From IMG/VR virus record IMGVR_UViG_3300017940_000554, positions 4,429 through 68,428 of that record: a stretch of DNA of 64,000 nucleotides; one strand, 5' to 3'. The position numbers and the translations under genes were made by a program. Numbering within the stretch: the first letter of the stretch is position 1; every line of letters starts with the position of its first letter. Shown piece by piece: positions 9,663 through 19,333 of the stretch. Source of the stretch: a virus. The notes below the pieces were generated by a model, which was not told the origin of the DNA, made no database searches, and saw nothing but the letters and a program-made list of their open reading frames with translations.

Positions 9663-10529
9663 TCATTCACAAAGTCCATATTTGCTTTCACACGCTGGGC
9701 GCGCAATTCCGTTAAAAATGTTGAACTGTCTGCCGCCACGATCTGTACGCGCCCATTCCACCACTTCATCCACATAGTTGTGGATCGTGAATTTTCCGCG
9801 TGCATCTATGCGTGGCAGGATGCCTGGAACGCAGGGAGCAAAGAACGTGAAACCTGTACGCTGTTCCCAACTTCTGATCTTGTCAATCATCTCCGGAAAT
9901 CGGTCGGCCCAAAGACGCATATCCTCCTTGCCGCTGTTAATGCAAGGGGCACATCCGACGCGACCAAAACCAAGGGAATAAAGCGGATTGATGAGTTCGC
10001 CCGCTGCAAGCACATCGTCAAAGCACTGTTGCTTCGCCATTGCCGCAATAGGATGATTCACATAGCAATCAAAGTAATCATCCCACTCGCGCAATGGCGT
10101 GTCTTTGCGTGCTTCTGATTCTTCACGTCTCAAGCCCGTGTATCGTTCATAATCATCTTGAACGTTGTCGCGCACCCAACGCCGCTGAGGAACTAACTTC
10201 AACTTTTCAGTACAGAATTGCGCTTTGCGCGATGGAGTGCGCTTCTTAATCTCAATCATGGTCGGAAAGTCGAGCGGCGCATTCCCATCGAATCCTCGAT
10301 GCTCTGCAAAGCCATCGGTCTCCCACATATCGCGCACAAGATTATCAACCGTAACCACTGGAAATACTTCACGACTATATTGCGCAATGAAAGCTGTGGT
10401 CAGCGGATGCTCATTGCCACCAGCGGGGGAGTTCAACAGGATGATATCTTCAGCAGCAAAACGCTCACGTACCCAAAGAGCTGTGCGTTGCGAATCGATT
10501 CCCCCGGAAAAGCCAACAATATGTTTCAT
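9663..10529 (-). CDS. PAPS reductase family protein
   Basis: PP-loop GFSGGIDS, QFCTEKLK, GLRREES..R, RVGCAPC. Confidence 0.85.
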   Translation of the reverse strand: MKHIVGFSGGIDSQRTALWVRERFAAEDIILLNSPAGGNEHPLTTAFIAQYSREVFPVVTVDNLVRDMWETDGFAEHRGFDGNAPLDFPTMIEIKKRTPSRKAQFCTEKLKLVPQRRWVRDNVQDDYERYTGLRREESEARKDTPLREWDDYFDCYVNHPIAAMAKQQCFDDVLAAGELINPLYSLGFGRVGCAPCINSGKEDMRLWADRFPEMIDKIRSWEQRTGFTFFAPCVPGILPRIDARGKFTIHNYVDEVVEWARTDRGGRQFNIFNGIARPACESKYGLCE

Positions 10530-11356
10530 TGTTGGTCTCCGTCTCCCAAGCGTTTCTGCCGGATTGGCACCAGCTTTTCCAGCATGGCGCTAGGCGATGG
10601 AAACAAATCGTCCAAGTCATCTTCACTGCCAAAAACTTCACTTGATTCAGATGATTCTTCTGATTTTTCTGCCGAGCTTCCAAACACCGCTTTACCGATG
10701 AAGGTTGGCCCCTTCGGAGACGGGAGCGCACCCACCATAATGTCGACTGCCGTGCGATCTTTTTCGCCGCTTGGCATTTTGGCAAATTCAATTCTCTTTT
10801 TCATCAAGCTTGGATGCGCGGTCAAAGCCAGAATTCTTGATGTATTGCCAAAAGAAAGCGTAATCGCATTCATGATTGCGCCGCACAAAGTTCGTCCATC
10901 CAGGTTGGCAGAAAGCGCAATCGCTTCCCATGGAACGCAGCGCCGATCCGTTTCCGGCATGGCATCGTACTTTTTCAAAAATGCTGCAATCACTTCGTCA
11001 TGAACACAAAAGCGCATGGCGTCGAGTACCGAGCGCAATCCACCTTCTGCATGTTTGAACATCGAACTGAGCGCCGGCACCTTCGCTAGTTGTTCAGGCT
11101 TCACTTTCAGGCGTTTCAACGCTTCCGCTGTTCTCGTCATCCTTGTTTCCAGTTTTGGCACTGGTAGATTCAAGGAATTCTCTTTCGCGCGGGCCGACGT
11201 ACTCTTTAATCGTGAGCCATTCTTCCGTGGTTTCGTCGCTTGCTCCATGCTGCTCACGGAGGATGTCTTCTTCGGTGGGGACGCGAGAGTAAACAGCTTC
11301 ACGGACTTCTTTTCGTTCGGGCCACTGCTTGGCGAATTGTTTTTCTTGTGTGTCAT
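10526..11356 (-). CDS. hypothetical protein (true start probably ~11140)
   Basis: Long ORF coupled to PAPS reductase by ATGA overlap; 5' part overlaps 11094-11426. Confidence 0.55.
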   Translation of the reverse strand: MTHKKNNSPSSGPNEKKSVKLFTLASPPKKTSSVSSMEQATKPRKNGSRLKSTSARAKENSLNLPVPKLETRMTRTAEALKRLKVKPEQLAKVPALSSMFKHAEGGLRSVLDAMRFCVHDEVIAAFLKKYDAMPETDRRCVPWEAIALSANLDGRTLCGAIMNAITLSFGNTSRILALTAHPSLMKKRIEFAKMPSGEKDRTAVDIMVGALPSPKGPTFIGKAVFGSSAEKSEESSESSEVFGSEDDLDDLFPSPSAMLEKLVPIRQKRLGDGDQQ

Positions 11357-11426
11357 GGATGCCAGTCAAAGCTCCTGCAATCTGTTCAAACGCTGTGACA
11401 AGTCGCTCTTCTTGTTCTTCAGTCAT
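11094..11426 (-). CDS. hypothetical protein
   Basis: ATGA-coupled to upstream ORF. Confidence 0.55.
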   Translation of the reverse strand: MTEEQEERLVTAFEQIAGALTGIHDTQEKQFAKQWPERKEVREAVYSRVPTEEDILREQHGASDETTEEWLTIKEYVGPREREFLESTSAKTGNKDDENSGSVETPESEA

Positions 11427-11743
11427 TGAATCTTCTCCTGAGGAACTTCGCCATAGCTCGGAAAAATATTGCCATCCACAATAGGCAAATCGATCGGATC
11501 AAGATCATCGAACGGCAATTCCGGCATCAGCCGCTGCGCCAGTTGGTAGGGCGTTTCCAAGGTTGGGTTCTTGCAGTTCTTGTGTTCTGTCTGATCCACC
11601 CACCACGGCCCTACCTTCACATGGCGATATTTGTGCGTCTTCAGAATCCGCTTGTGGCAGAGTCTGCAAGTGCGATGATGAACTTCTTCAAGGTTGAAGA
11701 GCCCGATCAATCTTTCAAACCAGGTTTGCTTTTTCTCTTTCAT
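11423..11743 (-). CDS. hypothetical protein (CxxC)
   Basis: Operon-coupled ORF. Confidence 0.5.
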   Translation of the reverse strand: MKEKKQTWFERLIGLFNLEEVHHRTCRLCHKRILKTHKYRHVKVGPWWVDQTEHKNCKNPTLETPYQLAQRLMPELPFDDLDPIDLPIVDGNIFPSYGEVPQEKIQ

Positions 11744-11752
11744 CCCACAAAC

Positions 11753-12085
11753 CTACTTTTTTTCTGATGCAGGGAGTGCTGGCTTGACAGTAGGAGTGGG
11801 CTGCTTCGGTTGATCCGCTTCCACAATAAACGTCGTTGGATTGATGTGGAAGCCGGAATGCTCTGCGGCAAATTCCGAAAGCACCGCTTGTTCCTCTTGA
11901 CTTGCATCCTGCCATTGTTTCTGCGCACTCTGTTTTGTTTGCTGACAGCTTTGCAACGCAATCCGAACAGTAGTGCTCAATTGCGGCACAGGTTTTGAAT
12001 CAGGCACTGGTGCAGGCGGCTGTTGTGCAAAAGCCGCCAGCAACATGATTCCAAGAAACACAAAAATCACAAGAATCTTTTTCAT
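11753..12085 (-). CDS. secreted/periplasmic protein
   Basis: Sec signal peptide MKKILVIFVFLGIMLLAAFA. Confidence 0.6.
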   Translation of the reverse strand: MKKILVIFVFLGIMLLAAFAQQPPAPVPDSKPVPQLSTTVRIALQSCQQTKQSAQKQWQDASQEEQAVLSEFAAEHSGFHINPTTFIVEADQPKQPTPTVKPALPASEKK

Positions 12086-12106
12086 TGCTTTTCCTGTTCA
12101 TCCTCG

Positions 12107-12529
12107 TTATTCCAAACTGTCTGCGGCATTCTTTCTTGCATAGCGCCGCTTCTTGATTACTTCATGACCACTTTCATCCTTGCTCAGCGTCGGCACTTCT
12201 TGGCCGCTGCGCTCCCGCACAAGATTCAAACGCGGCTCCAGCGCAATCACAATCTCCGCATCCACGGTCTTCTCTGTGATCTGAGCACCTGACAAGTCTT
12301 GATTGGCAGGGCGATTTACAGCAATGTCCTGCTTGATCTCAACAATGTCCACCCCGTGCAGATTCAAATGCACATGCACGTTCCCGTCGTAGCCCGCTTG
12401 GTAACTGTCCGTCTCCCGCAAATTGCAATCAGCCCGGAGCTTTGCTTCCACCTGATCCAAAATGTCGTTGATGATCTCTTCGCCCGTCAGCCCTTCCACA
12501 TATTCCGTTGTCTCCACCTTATCCTCCAC
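12107..12529 (-). CDS. hypothetical protein
   Basis: 140 aa ORF in operon. Confidence 0.55.
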   Translation of the reverse strand: MEDKVETTEYVEGLTGEEIINDILDQVEAKLRADCNLRETDSYQAGYDGNVHVHLNLHGVDIVEIKQDIAVNRPANQDLSGAQITEKTVDAEIVIALEPRLNLVRERSGQEVPTLSKDESGHEVIKKRRYARKNAADSLE

Positions 12530-12746
12530 CGTTTCTAGATTTCACTTTTTCCAGATACCAAATCTCTGTCAACCGCAGCAACCCAATAAAATGCGAATTC
12601 GCATCTATGTTCGTTTGCCAAGCCAGATCGCCACTCTTGGTTCTATACGTCACAACTACTTCCAATGGCTCATCGTTACCGAAATCTTCCAGACAGTCAA
12701 TCAGCACTTGACTCGGCGAACGCTTTGTATCACTTTGCTCGTCCAC
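12519..12746 (-). CDS. hypothetical protein
   Basis: Coupled ORF with GAGGAG SD. Confidence 0.5.
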   Translation of the reverse strand: MDEQSDTKRSPSQVLIDCLEDFGNDEPLEVVVTYRTKSGDLAWQTNIDANSHFIGLLRLTEIWYLEKVKSRNGGG

Positions 12747-13004
12747 TTACATCTCCTCGTCATGACTGTATTTTGCCTTCAACGCCAGAAACTTTCTCAG
12801 TGTGTTCTGAATCGGGGAAACCTTGCCCTTCTCAATCAGCTGTACCTCGCGCCGACTCATCCCTAAAACCTCAGCCAGTCTCACCTGCGTGAACAGATGA
12901 TCCTTGCGAAATGCCCGCCACTCCTGGCTGCGCACTTCCCGCTCTTTCAACTCCTCGTCAGTGACCGCTGGCTTTGGCATAATTCTCTCCGTCTTTGCGC
13001 ACAA
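12747..13004 (-). CDS. Cro/CI-type (XRE) HTH regulator
   Basis: FTQVRLAEVLGMSRREVQLIEKG HTH_3 signature; first gene of the leftward operon. Confidence 0.8.
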   Translation of the reverse strand: MCAKTERIMPKPAVTDEELKEREVRSQEWRAFRKDHLFTQVRLAEVLGMSRREVQLIEKGKVSPIQNTLRKFLALKAKYSHDEEM

Positions 13005-13605
13005 CTTACGCCTAACTCAATTTCCTGTCTATGCTAATTTTTCATTGCGCTACGATTGCGCTTCTCATCGATCTATAGCGAATTTAGCCAAATTATCCTC
13101 TATCCCTATAACCGCAATAATTTCGATATAAATTGCGCCTGAATTGCGCACGGCTCAACCCATTTCAAATTTTCTATGTTTTATCTTTGCGCTTAAATTG
13201 CGCTTCGACTTTTTCCCTGCTGTGGGTTTCTATGGACGAGTAAGGCGTCGACGACGACGCGCACCCCCCCTCCCCCGGACAACTCCCGGACCGCTGCGAG
13301 ACAAGCCGAGCCGCATCCCGGGCCGGACATACGTTGACCATGCATCCGGCGCCCCCCAGCGCTGCTAAATCTACAGATTTAGCTGCAGCATCCCCATTTA
13401 CAGCGTTTTTAGGGGGGACTACAGGACTTTGGACAGCTTGCCCATGCCCGACCATCACCGCGCCCAACGTGCACCATGCGCACCTGGCAACAGCCCCGCG
13501 CGCCTCACAATGCAACAATTGCGCCCGATTCCCCATTTTGATAGGTGACCGAAAAACAATCCTGATCCTTGAAGGCTTCACTTTCTGCGAATCATCCGCG
13601 CACTA

Positions 13606-13900
13606 TCACCATGGTGCAGTTACAGCCCTCTTGTTTCCGCCCGGGGGCGCATCGCACTAGACTAGCCTCACCACAGTGCAGACTGCGCAGAATATCGGGA
13701 TGGATGTGTTTCATTTTTCATCACATCGGCGGTTAGCGCAGCAGTGCGTACAACTCACCACGATGCAATATATATCGTGCACCACAGTGCAACGTGCCGT
13801 TATCCTATATACAACGGCGTCCAGTTTGATCAGATAGGGCATGCACCACAGTTACAAATTTCACACCACAGTACATTTTTTTGTTGCACTATGGTGTGAA
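13606..13900. promoter_or_regulatory. cluster of ~7 imperfect palindromic operator-like sites (CACCACAGTGCA) and rightward promoter
   Basis: Copies near 13607, 13669, 13755, 13778, 13842, 13863, 13885; TTGCAC...TAGAGT promoter-like at 13884-13913. Confidence 0.55.
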
Positions 13901-13956
13901 AGTAGGATAGAGTGATTAAGTAAGGTCATTCAAGCCTTACACACAGAGGGGGTCTA

Positions 13957-14157
13957 ATGAGTATTGAGAACGGTTTGTGTGGATACGTTGCGTTTTATCA
14001 AGGTAAGCGGATAGAAGTCTATGCGCCTTCCTTGTATGCAGCACAGAACAAGGTAGCGGAACAGTTGAAAGTCCCTGCCAAGAAACAGCATTTAATCTCT
14101 GTTACGCTTTGCGAACATGAAGACGGTTCAGAAGTCATTCACACGGCAACCTTTTAA
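13957..14157 (+). CDS. hypothetical early protein
   Basis: GAGGGGG SD; first gene of the rightward block. Confidence 0.6.
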   Translation: MSIENGLCGYVAFYQGKRIEVYAPSLYAAQNKVAEQLKVPAKKQHLISVTLCEHEDGSEVIHTATF

Positions 14158-14166
14158 CACGGGTTT

Positions 14167-14236
14167 TTCCCGTCTATCGGGTAATCGGTCCCGATACTGA
14201 ATGAGCGCGGCCAGCGGCCAAAGCGCGAAACGGGAA
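14167..14236 (+). ncRNA. type III hammerhead ribozyme (core variant CUGAAUGA)
   Basis: Stem III TTCCCGT/ACGGGAA with GTC cleavage triplet, stem I TATCGGG/CCCGATA, core CTGAATGA, stem II GCGC/GCGC, GAAA. Confidence 0.75.
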
Positions 14237-14264
14237 CATAGTTCCGAGAATCAGAGGATTCAGA

Positions 14265-15212
14265 ATGAACACTTTTGCACATAATTTTAATATCGGCGCT
14301 GCAATCAATCCCGGCGTACTTCTTCGCCAGCAAACTCCACTTACCTTGGACGCGTTGCGCCACTTTGCGCCTAGCGCTTTCGCCACAGAGGCGCATGAAT
14401 CCCGTTCTGCCCGGTATACCTATATTCCTACCTCCGAGATTATCGCCGGGCTTATGAAAGAAGGCTTTCAGCCTTTCAAGGCCACTCAAAGCCGCTGCAG
14501 GATTGCAGGCAAGGAAGATTTTACAAAGCATCTGATTCGTTTTCGTCACCCCGATTCTTTTAACGCAATTCAGCGTGTTGGCGATTCCGTTCCTGAAGTG
14601 GTTTTAGTCAATTCGCACGATGGCACAAGCGCTTACAAGCTTTCTGCCGGCTTGTTCCGGCTGGTTTGCTCAAACGGGCTTATGGTCTCTGATTCAACCG
14701 TTCAGATGCTTTCCGTACAACACAAGGGCGATATCGTGCACGATGTGATTGAGGGATCTTTCCAGATCGTTCAGCAGTCGGAAAAGTCTCTTGCGCGCGC
14801 CGATGAGTGGAATCAGCTCCAGTTAACAGCGGGCGAACAAGGCGCATTCGCCGATGCTGCCCGCCAGCTCCGTTTCGCGGATGCGGAAGGCGAAATTAAG
14901 ACGCCGATTACCGCCGAGCAACTTTTGCGCCCGCGCCGTGAAGCCGATGCAGCGGCCGCTATTGACTGGCGTCGACCCACGAACCCAAAGCCGGATCTTT
15001 GGCACACTCTGAATGTGGTGCAGGAAAATGTGATTCGCGGCGGGCTGCACGGTTTTGCTCAAGGCGTTGACGCACAGACAGGGCGCAAGACTGCCCGCCG
15101 CGTCACTACGCGCGAAGTAAAGGGCATTGATCAAGACGTAAAGCTGAATCGGGCTTTGTGGATGCTGGCGGAACGTATGGCAGAACTCAAGGGCCAGACC
15201 GTAGCGGCGTAA
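14265..15212 (+). CDS. DUF932/DUF945 family protein
   Basis: HESRSARYTYIPT, KHLIRFR, NSHDGTSAY, FRLVCSNG, LNRALW motifs. Confidence 0.85.
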   Translation: MNTFAHNFNIGAAINPGVLLRQQTPLTLDALRHFAPSAFATEAHESRSARYTYIPTSEIIAGLMKEGFQPFKATQSRCRIAGKEDFTKHLIRFRHPDSFNAIQRVGDSVPEVVLVNSHDGTSAYKLSAGLFRLVCSNGLMVSDSTVQMLSVQHKGDIVHDVIEGSFQIVQQSEKSLARADEWNQLQLTAGEQGAFADAARQLRFADAEGEIKTPITAEQLLRPRREADAAAAIDWRRPTNPKPDLWHTLNVVQENVIRGGLHGFAQGVDAQTGRKTARRVTTREVKGIDQDVKLNRALWMLAERMAELKGQTVAA

Positions 15213-15279
15213 CTTCCGCATCGGGGGCGGGCGCAATGCCCGCCCATTCCTTCAGCCACAAAACCGAAAGGATGCGCCC

Positions 15280-16071
15280 ATGTTCAGGATTGAATTTCAT
15301 CTAAGTTATCAGGACCAAGTCTGTTTTGATGTTTTCGGGCACGATACTATACGCCAGATTGAAACCTATTCCGCGCCTAAGCATACGCTTGATTACATGC
15401 GTTCAACGTTCAACCACAACGGCGACGATACAGCTTTCGAGCGCAACATTTTGAGCCGTCAAGGCGGCGCCGTAATTTGTTCTGTGCATGGTGACCGGGA
15501 CCGCTACCCTTATCGCTGGACGCCGGAAGCCTACGCACTATTCGTGGGCGAGCGCTACCGCATGCACGCCGATTACATGGTAGAGCATGCCAAGAGGGCC
15601 AAAAAATACGGGGCAGACTGGCCAGACGCGGAACCGATGCGCCCAATCCCGCGCCCCATCTACTTTGATAGGGATTTAAACCGCTATCAGCTTGAGCCGT
15701 GGTTTAACTCGGCGGTTCGCGCCAGCATGAAAAACGCGGCCATCCTCACCGAGCGTATGCGTGCCTATGATGCGATACGCGGGGCGCGTGTTGGAGATTG
15801 GATCGATACTCCCGCAGGCCAATTCAGGATTGCACACGACTGGGGGGAATCTGTTCAACCTACCATGTACACGGCAGAAGAGAATCAAGGCTTTTACCTT
15901 GGCAGTGCTATTTCCTACAGTGGCAGTCTAGGCAACTCAATCCCGCTTGCACAGCTCCAGCCCACGGAAGAAACGCGCCCGGCCCTCGTTTGGTTTTTCA
16001 GCGAAGACGAGGTGCGCGCCCATAACGGCGTGTATTTGCGGGCAGACTTCCGCGTCTTCCGGCTGGCATAA
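15280..16071 (+). CDS. protein with C-terminal DUF4121-like domain
   Basis: RVGDW...HDWG..VQ, SYSGSL, WFF...AHNGV...RVF. Confidence 0.6.
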   Translation: MFRIEFHLSYQDQVCFDVFGHDTIRQIETYSAPKHTLDYMRSTFNHNGDDTAFERNILSRQGGAVICSVHGDRDRYPYRWTPEAYALFVGERYRMHADYMVEHAKRAKKYGADWPDAEPMRPIPRPIYFDRDLNRYQLEPWFNSAVRASMKNAAILTERMRAYDAIRGARVGDWIDTPAGQFRIAHDWGESVQPTMYTAEENQGFYLGSAISYSGSLGNSIPLAQLQPTEETRPALVWFFSEDEVRAHNGVYLRADFRVFRLA

Positions 16072-16139
16072 CCCACAGCCTATTTGATAGCGTGACCAAC
16101 TTTTAACCGGCGCATGGCGCCAAGACCCGGAGCAAAAAA

Positions 16140-16376
16140 ATGTACACAACTTTCGAAGATGAACGCGCGGTATACGTCCACCCAAACGGTGAGGCGTTAG
16201 TAACGGCAACGATCAACGGAAAGCGCTCATATGTTGCCGCAACAAAAGACGGATTCCGCACCGATTACCCGATTGATTACGGTACCGGGCAAGTGGGCTG
16301 GGATAATCCGGAGTGGTTCACGGAAGGATTCAAGAGCAAGGCCCGCAAGGCCATTCTTGCCGGAAAGGGGCTTTAG
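16140..16376 (+). CDS. hypothetical protein
   Basis: GGAG SD after intergenic repeat motif. Confidence 0.55.
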   Translation: MYTTFEDERAVYVHPNGEALVTATINGKRSYVAATKDGFRTDYPIDYGTGQVGWDNPEWFTEGFKSKARKAILAGKGL

Positions 16377-16583
16377 GTGGAATACAGAATGAACGTCCAA
16401 TGCAGAGACCGTATCAGCGGGCGAACGGGCTGTTTCATCGCAGATACAAACCATGAGGCACTATCGCCTGTTTTTAACGATCTATCAGGGCTGTACCCGT
16501 GGATGCACGAAAACGGATGGAAGTCTGAAGAACGTTACGGGAACGAGTTCACACCGTGGCGAGTGGTCAGAACAAGAAACTAA
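16377..16583 (+). CDS. hypothetical protein
   Basis: Abuts the previous ORF. Confidence 0.45.
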   Translation: MEYRMNVQCRDRISGRTGCFIADTNHEALSPVFNDLSGLYPWMHENGWKSEERYGNEFTPWRVVRTRN

Positions 16584-16629
16584 CCTTGTGCCTGTCCGTG
16601 GGCATGGTACGCGGGCAGAACAGGAAAAC

Positions 16630-16815
16630 ATGCCTATATACCGTGTCAAAGTCACCTGTGAAGCGTGGGTTAGCGCTTTCGTCGAAGTCAACGCGCCAAA
16701 CGAAACGAGCGCCAACAAACTAGCACCGGCACAGGCTCAAGAAAATGCGGGCGAAATGCAATGGAGCTATGACGGATTAGTCGACGGATCTGAATTTACC
16801 GCATTGCCCGAGTAA
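16630..16815 (+). CDS. hypothetical protein
   Basis: MPIYRVKVTCEAW..., AGGA SD after a conserved hairpin. Confidence 0.45.
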   Translation: MPIYRVKVTCEAWVSAFVEVNAPNETSANKLAPAQAQENAGEMQWSYDGLVDGSEFTALPE

Positions 16816-16862
16816 GAACAGTTGCCCACCCATGGGCCGGTACGTGGGCAAAGGAAGGAAAC

Positions 16863-17099
16863 ATGCTGAACACTGAAACCAACACTCCCGCAATAGAGGC
16901 GCGCATTTTGAAAGCCGCAAACGGAAAGCTAGTCAATCCAGCCCGCCGTTACACGGAATTTCGCGCCTTCTTCGAGCATGGCCAATGGTGGATAGAACAT
17001 TTGCCGAGTGGCGCACAGTGGTCTGTCTGCGATGCGTCTGGCCCCAGCTGCCCCGATGGATTCGACTTCGAGCAAGTCACACGGGGCGATGAAGATTAG
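16863..17099 (+). CDS. hypothetical protein
   Basis: AAGGA SD after a similar hairpin. Confidence 0.55.
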   Translation: MLNTETNTPAIEARILKAANGKLVNPARRYTEFRAFFEHGQWWIEHLPSGAQWSVCDASGPSCPDGFDFEQVTRGDED

Positions 17100-17222
17100 G
17101 CGCAAAGTCTAGATTCTGGACTTTTGATAGTGTGACCAAAATTTTGAACCTGGCCGGGTACCCGGTCGGACTGAGGAGTACATTTCAACCGGCGCATAGC
17201 GCCAAGAGTGGAGCAAAAAGCA

Positions 17223-17672
17223 ATGCCCGAACAAGATGATTTTTTTGGCGAAGTAATTTCCAGCTATACGCGTGCGGAAGCAATCAAGGATGGTGTTTTG
17301 GTGGATCTTTCGGACTCGTCTTGTAATTTCCGCCCTGGACTGAACATCCTGCAAGAAGCAGGAATCAAATTTCCCGTTGCCATGACGCGCGCTGCTTTTG
17401 ATCGTACCGTACAAAAGCTGGGCGAGCCCTTGCCGCCTGCCCAAGACGTAAGCGGGCGGCTGTGGGACGTGCTGACTATGCTTAAATACGCCATCCGCAC
17501 CAGCGCGGGCGGTGACCTGCTTTTCTTTACCGTGCGCGTCTGGAATTGGGTTTATATCAAAGGTGACCGCACGAATCGCTTTAAACATGAAGACGTTCGT
17601 CTGAAGGCTGTTTGCGGCCCCGGCGACAACGCAGAGCCCGTGATTACGATCATGCTCCCGGATGAGGATTAG
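17223..17672 (+). CDS. DUF6573-like protein
   Basis: VISSYTRAEAIKDGVLVD ... GRLWDVL ... GPGDNAEPVITIMLPDED. Confidence 0.7.
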   Translation: MPEQDDFFGEVISSYTRAEAIKDGVLVDLSDSSCNFRPGLNILQEAGIKFPVAMTRAAFDRTVQKLGEPLPPAQDVSGRLWDVLTMLKYAIRTSAGGDLLFFTVRVWNWVYIKGDRTNRFKHEDVRLKAVCGPGDNAEPVITIMLPDED

Positions 17673-17898
17673 GCCATGGGAGGCAATCGCAAATACGGCT
17701 TCAGGCGTGGTGCTCACCACGTAAAAAACTGGTGGGAGGTTCCATTTTTCTGTGACGGTTGCCAGAAAACGCACGGGCCGAAAGTCGAGCGCAACAAACT
17801 GTTAGACGGTCGCGTTCTTTGCAATCGTCAGTATTACAAGGAACTAGACAAGCAACAGGCTAATGCGCAGAAACGCGCCGTACAGGAAAGGTGATTCT

Positions 17899-18342
17899 AT
17901 GTCTTGCTTTGTCGTTTCGGACGCACACATTCACGCGCTCATTGCAACGGCTATTCATGGCCCAAAGGACGCACAGGAACACGTCCGCCGTGGTTTGTGG
18001 CATGTATGGTTCAGACCTGAACGGAAACATGCGGCTTTGGAATGCGCCGATAAAATCGGCCAGATGCTTTTAGGCGAGAATCTGAAAAGTTACGGCGTCC
18101 ACTATCCGAGCGAAGCAGATCCCGAAGGCGATGCAGCGCGCGCGGCCGCCTATCGCTTTCCTGTATCCGTGGAACCGCTCATGCGCGTGCAGACGTTGAA
18201 GGCTATTTTCTGCCTGGAGTATCAGTCAGATGCCTGTGAGAACTGGAAGGCATCGGACGCAGCACATTTCCTGCAACAGTTGCGTCTGCAAACCATTCAA
18301 TCTTTGCCCGGCTATGAAGAAGCAGTTTACGAAATAAACTAA
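17899..18342 (+). CDS. hypothetical protein
   Basis: MSCFVVSDAHIHAL...CLEYQS pattern seen in mobile-element proteins; AAGGTG SD. Confidence 0.6.
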   Translation: MSCFVVSDAHIHALIATAIHGPKDAQEHVRRGLWHVWFRPERKHAALECADKIGQMLLGENLKSYGVHYPSEADPEGDAARAAAYRFPVSVEPLMRVQTLKAIFCLEYQSDACENWKASDAAHFLQQLRLQTIQSLPGYEEAVYEIN

Positions 18343-18409
18343 CTTCTCTTTTGATAGCGTGACCAACATTTCAACCCACACCCGGCTCAGCCGGAGAACT
18401 GAGGACGTA

Positions 18410-18847
18410 ATGAGATTCAGGCTCGAAATTGAACTTGACAACGACGCCATGCAAACCGGAACCGATGTAATCAAGGCTCTGCGGGAAAGCCTCAAGGATG
18501 AAGAAAAGTTGAAATTGGATGATGGAACGGCGGGCAGTCTTTGGGACCGAAATGGAAACACCGTTGGTAAATGGGAAGTCAACGAAAGACGGAGTCTTTC
18601 CGAGATCTTTGCCGCAATCCCCGTTACCACCAGCAACCCCGCTTTGCAGGGCTATTGCATCAGCGAGAACGAACAAGCACCGCTGAGCCCGAAGGACCGC
18701 ACCACGCTTGCCGCAATCCCCGCCGCTATGCCTGTCGGCATTCTTAGCCCCGAAGCACCGCACCCGTTCAACGATAAGGATATCGTGGGTTTCTGCTCCG
18801 TTTGTGGCATGAGAAAGCATCATCCCGATGCGAATTATATCGAGTAA
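18410..18847 (+). CDS. hypothetical protein
   Basis: MRFRLEIELDNDAM...DRNGNTVG; GAGG SD. Confidence 0.55.
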   Translation: MRFRLEIELDNDAMQTGTDVIKALRESLKDEEKLKLDDGTAGSLWDRNGNTVGKWEVNERRSLSEIFAAIPVTTSNPALQGYCISENEQAPLSPKDRTTLAAIPAAMPVGILSPEAPHPFNDKDIVGFCSVCGMRKHHPDANYIE

Positions 18848-18925
18848 CCGGCAACTGGTAAGCATTCCTTACCAGTTCAACTACAACCTTTAACCGCCGC
18901 ACAGCGGCAGAATTGAGCGTACATC

Positions 18926-19243
18926 ATGGCACAGGAACCAGAACAGACAATTTCCCTTCCGGCACTCAACAACGAACAAGGCGCGGCACAGCTTCAACTC
19001 ACCACAAACAAGTACAGCAATGGTCAGATGGTTTCATCTGCGCACATTTATTTTGTCAGGGATGGACTCATTACATTTGAAGTTTTTGGCGACTTCCGCA
19101 AAGTCCTGTTACGCACCACAGCCCGCGCCACACAAAAAGCGCTCGACCTTCAGCACTCCAGCGTTTTTACTCCCGATGCTATCGAAGCCCTCAAGTCAGA
19201 AGCCATCGTCTTCTATGCTGCCAAGAAAAAATCGGCGGCTTAG
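18926..19243 (+). CDS. hypothetical protein
   Basis: 105 aa ORF after intergenic hairpin. Confidence 0.55.
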   Translation: MAQEPEQTISLPALNNEQGAAQLQLTTNKYSNGQMVSSAHIYFVRDGLITFEVFGDFRKVLLRTTARATQKALDLQHSSVFTPDAIEALKSEAIVFYAAKKKSAA

Positions 19244-19333
19244 TTCAAAATCAGGAGTCTAGTCGCCTATTTGATAGGTGACCAAAAAACAATTCCTAAC
19301 CGGCGCACAGCGCCAAGAAAGCAGAGTCTCACC

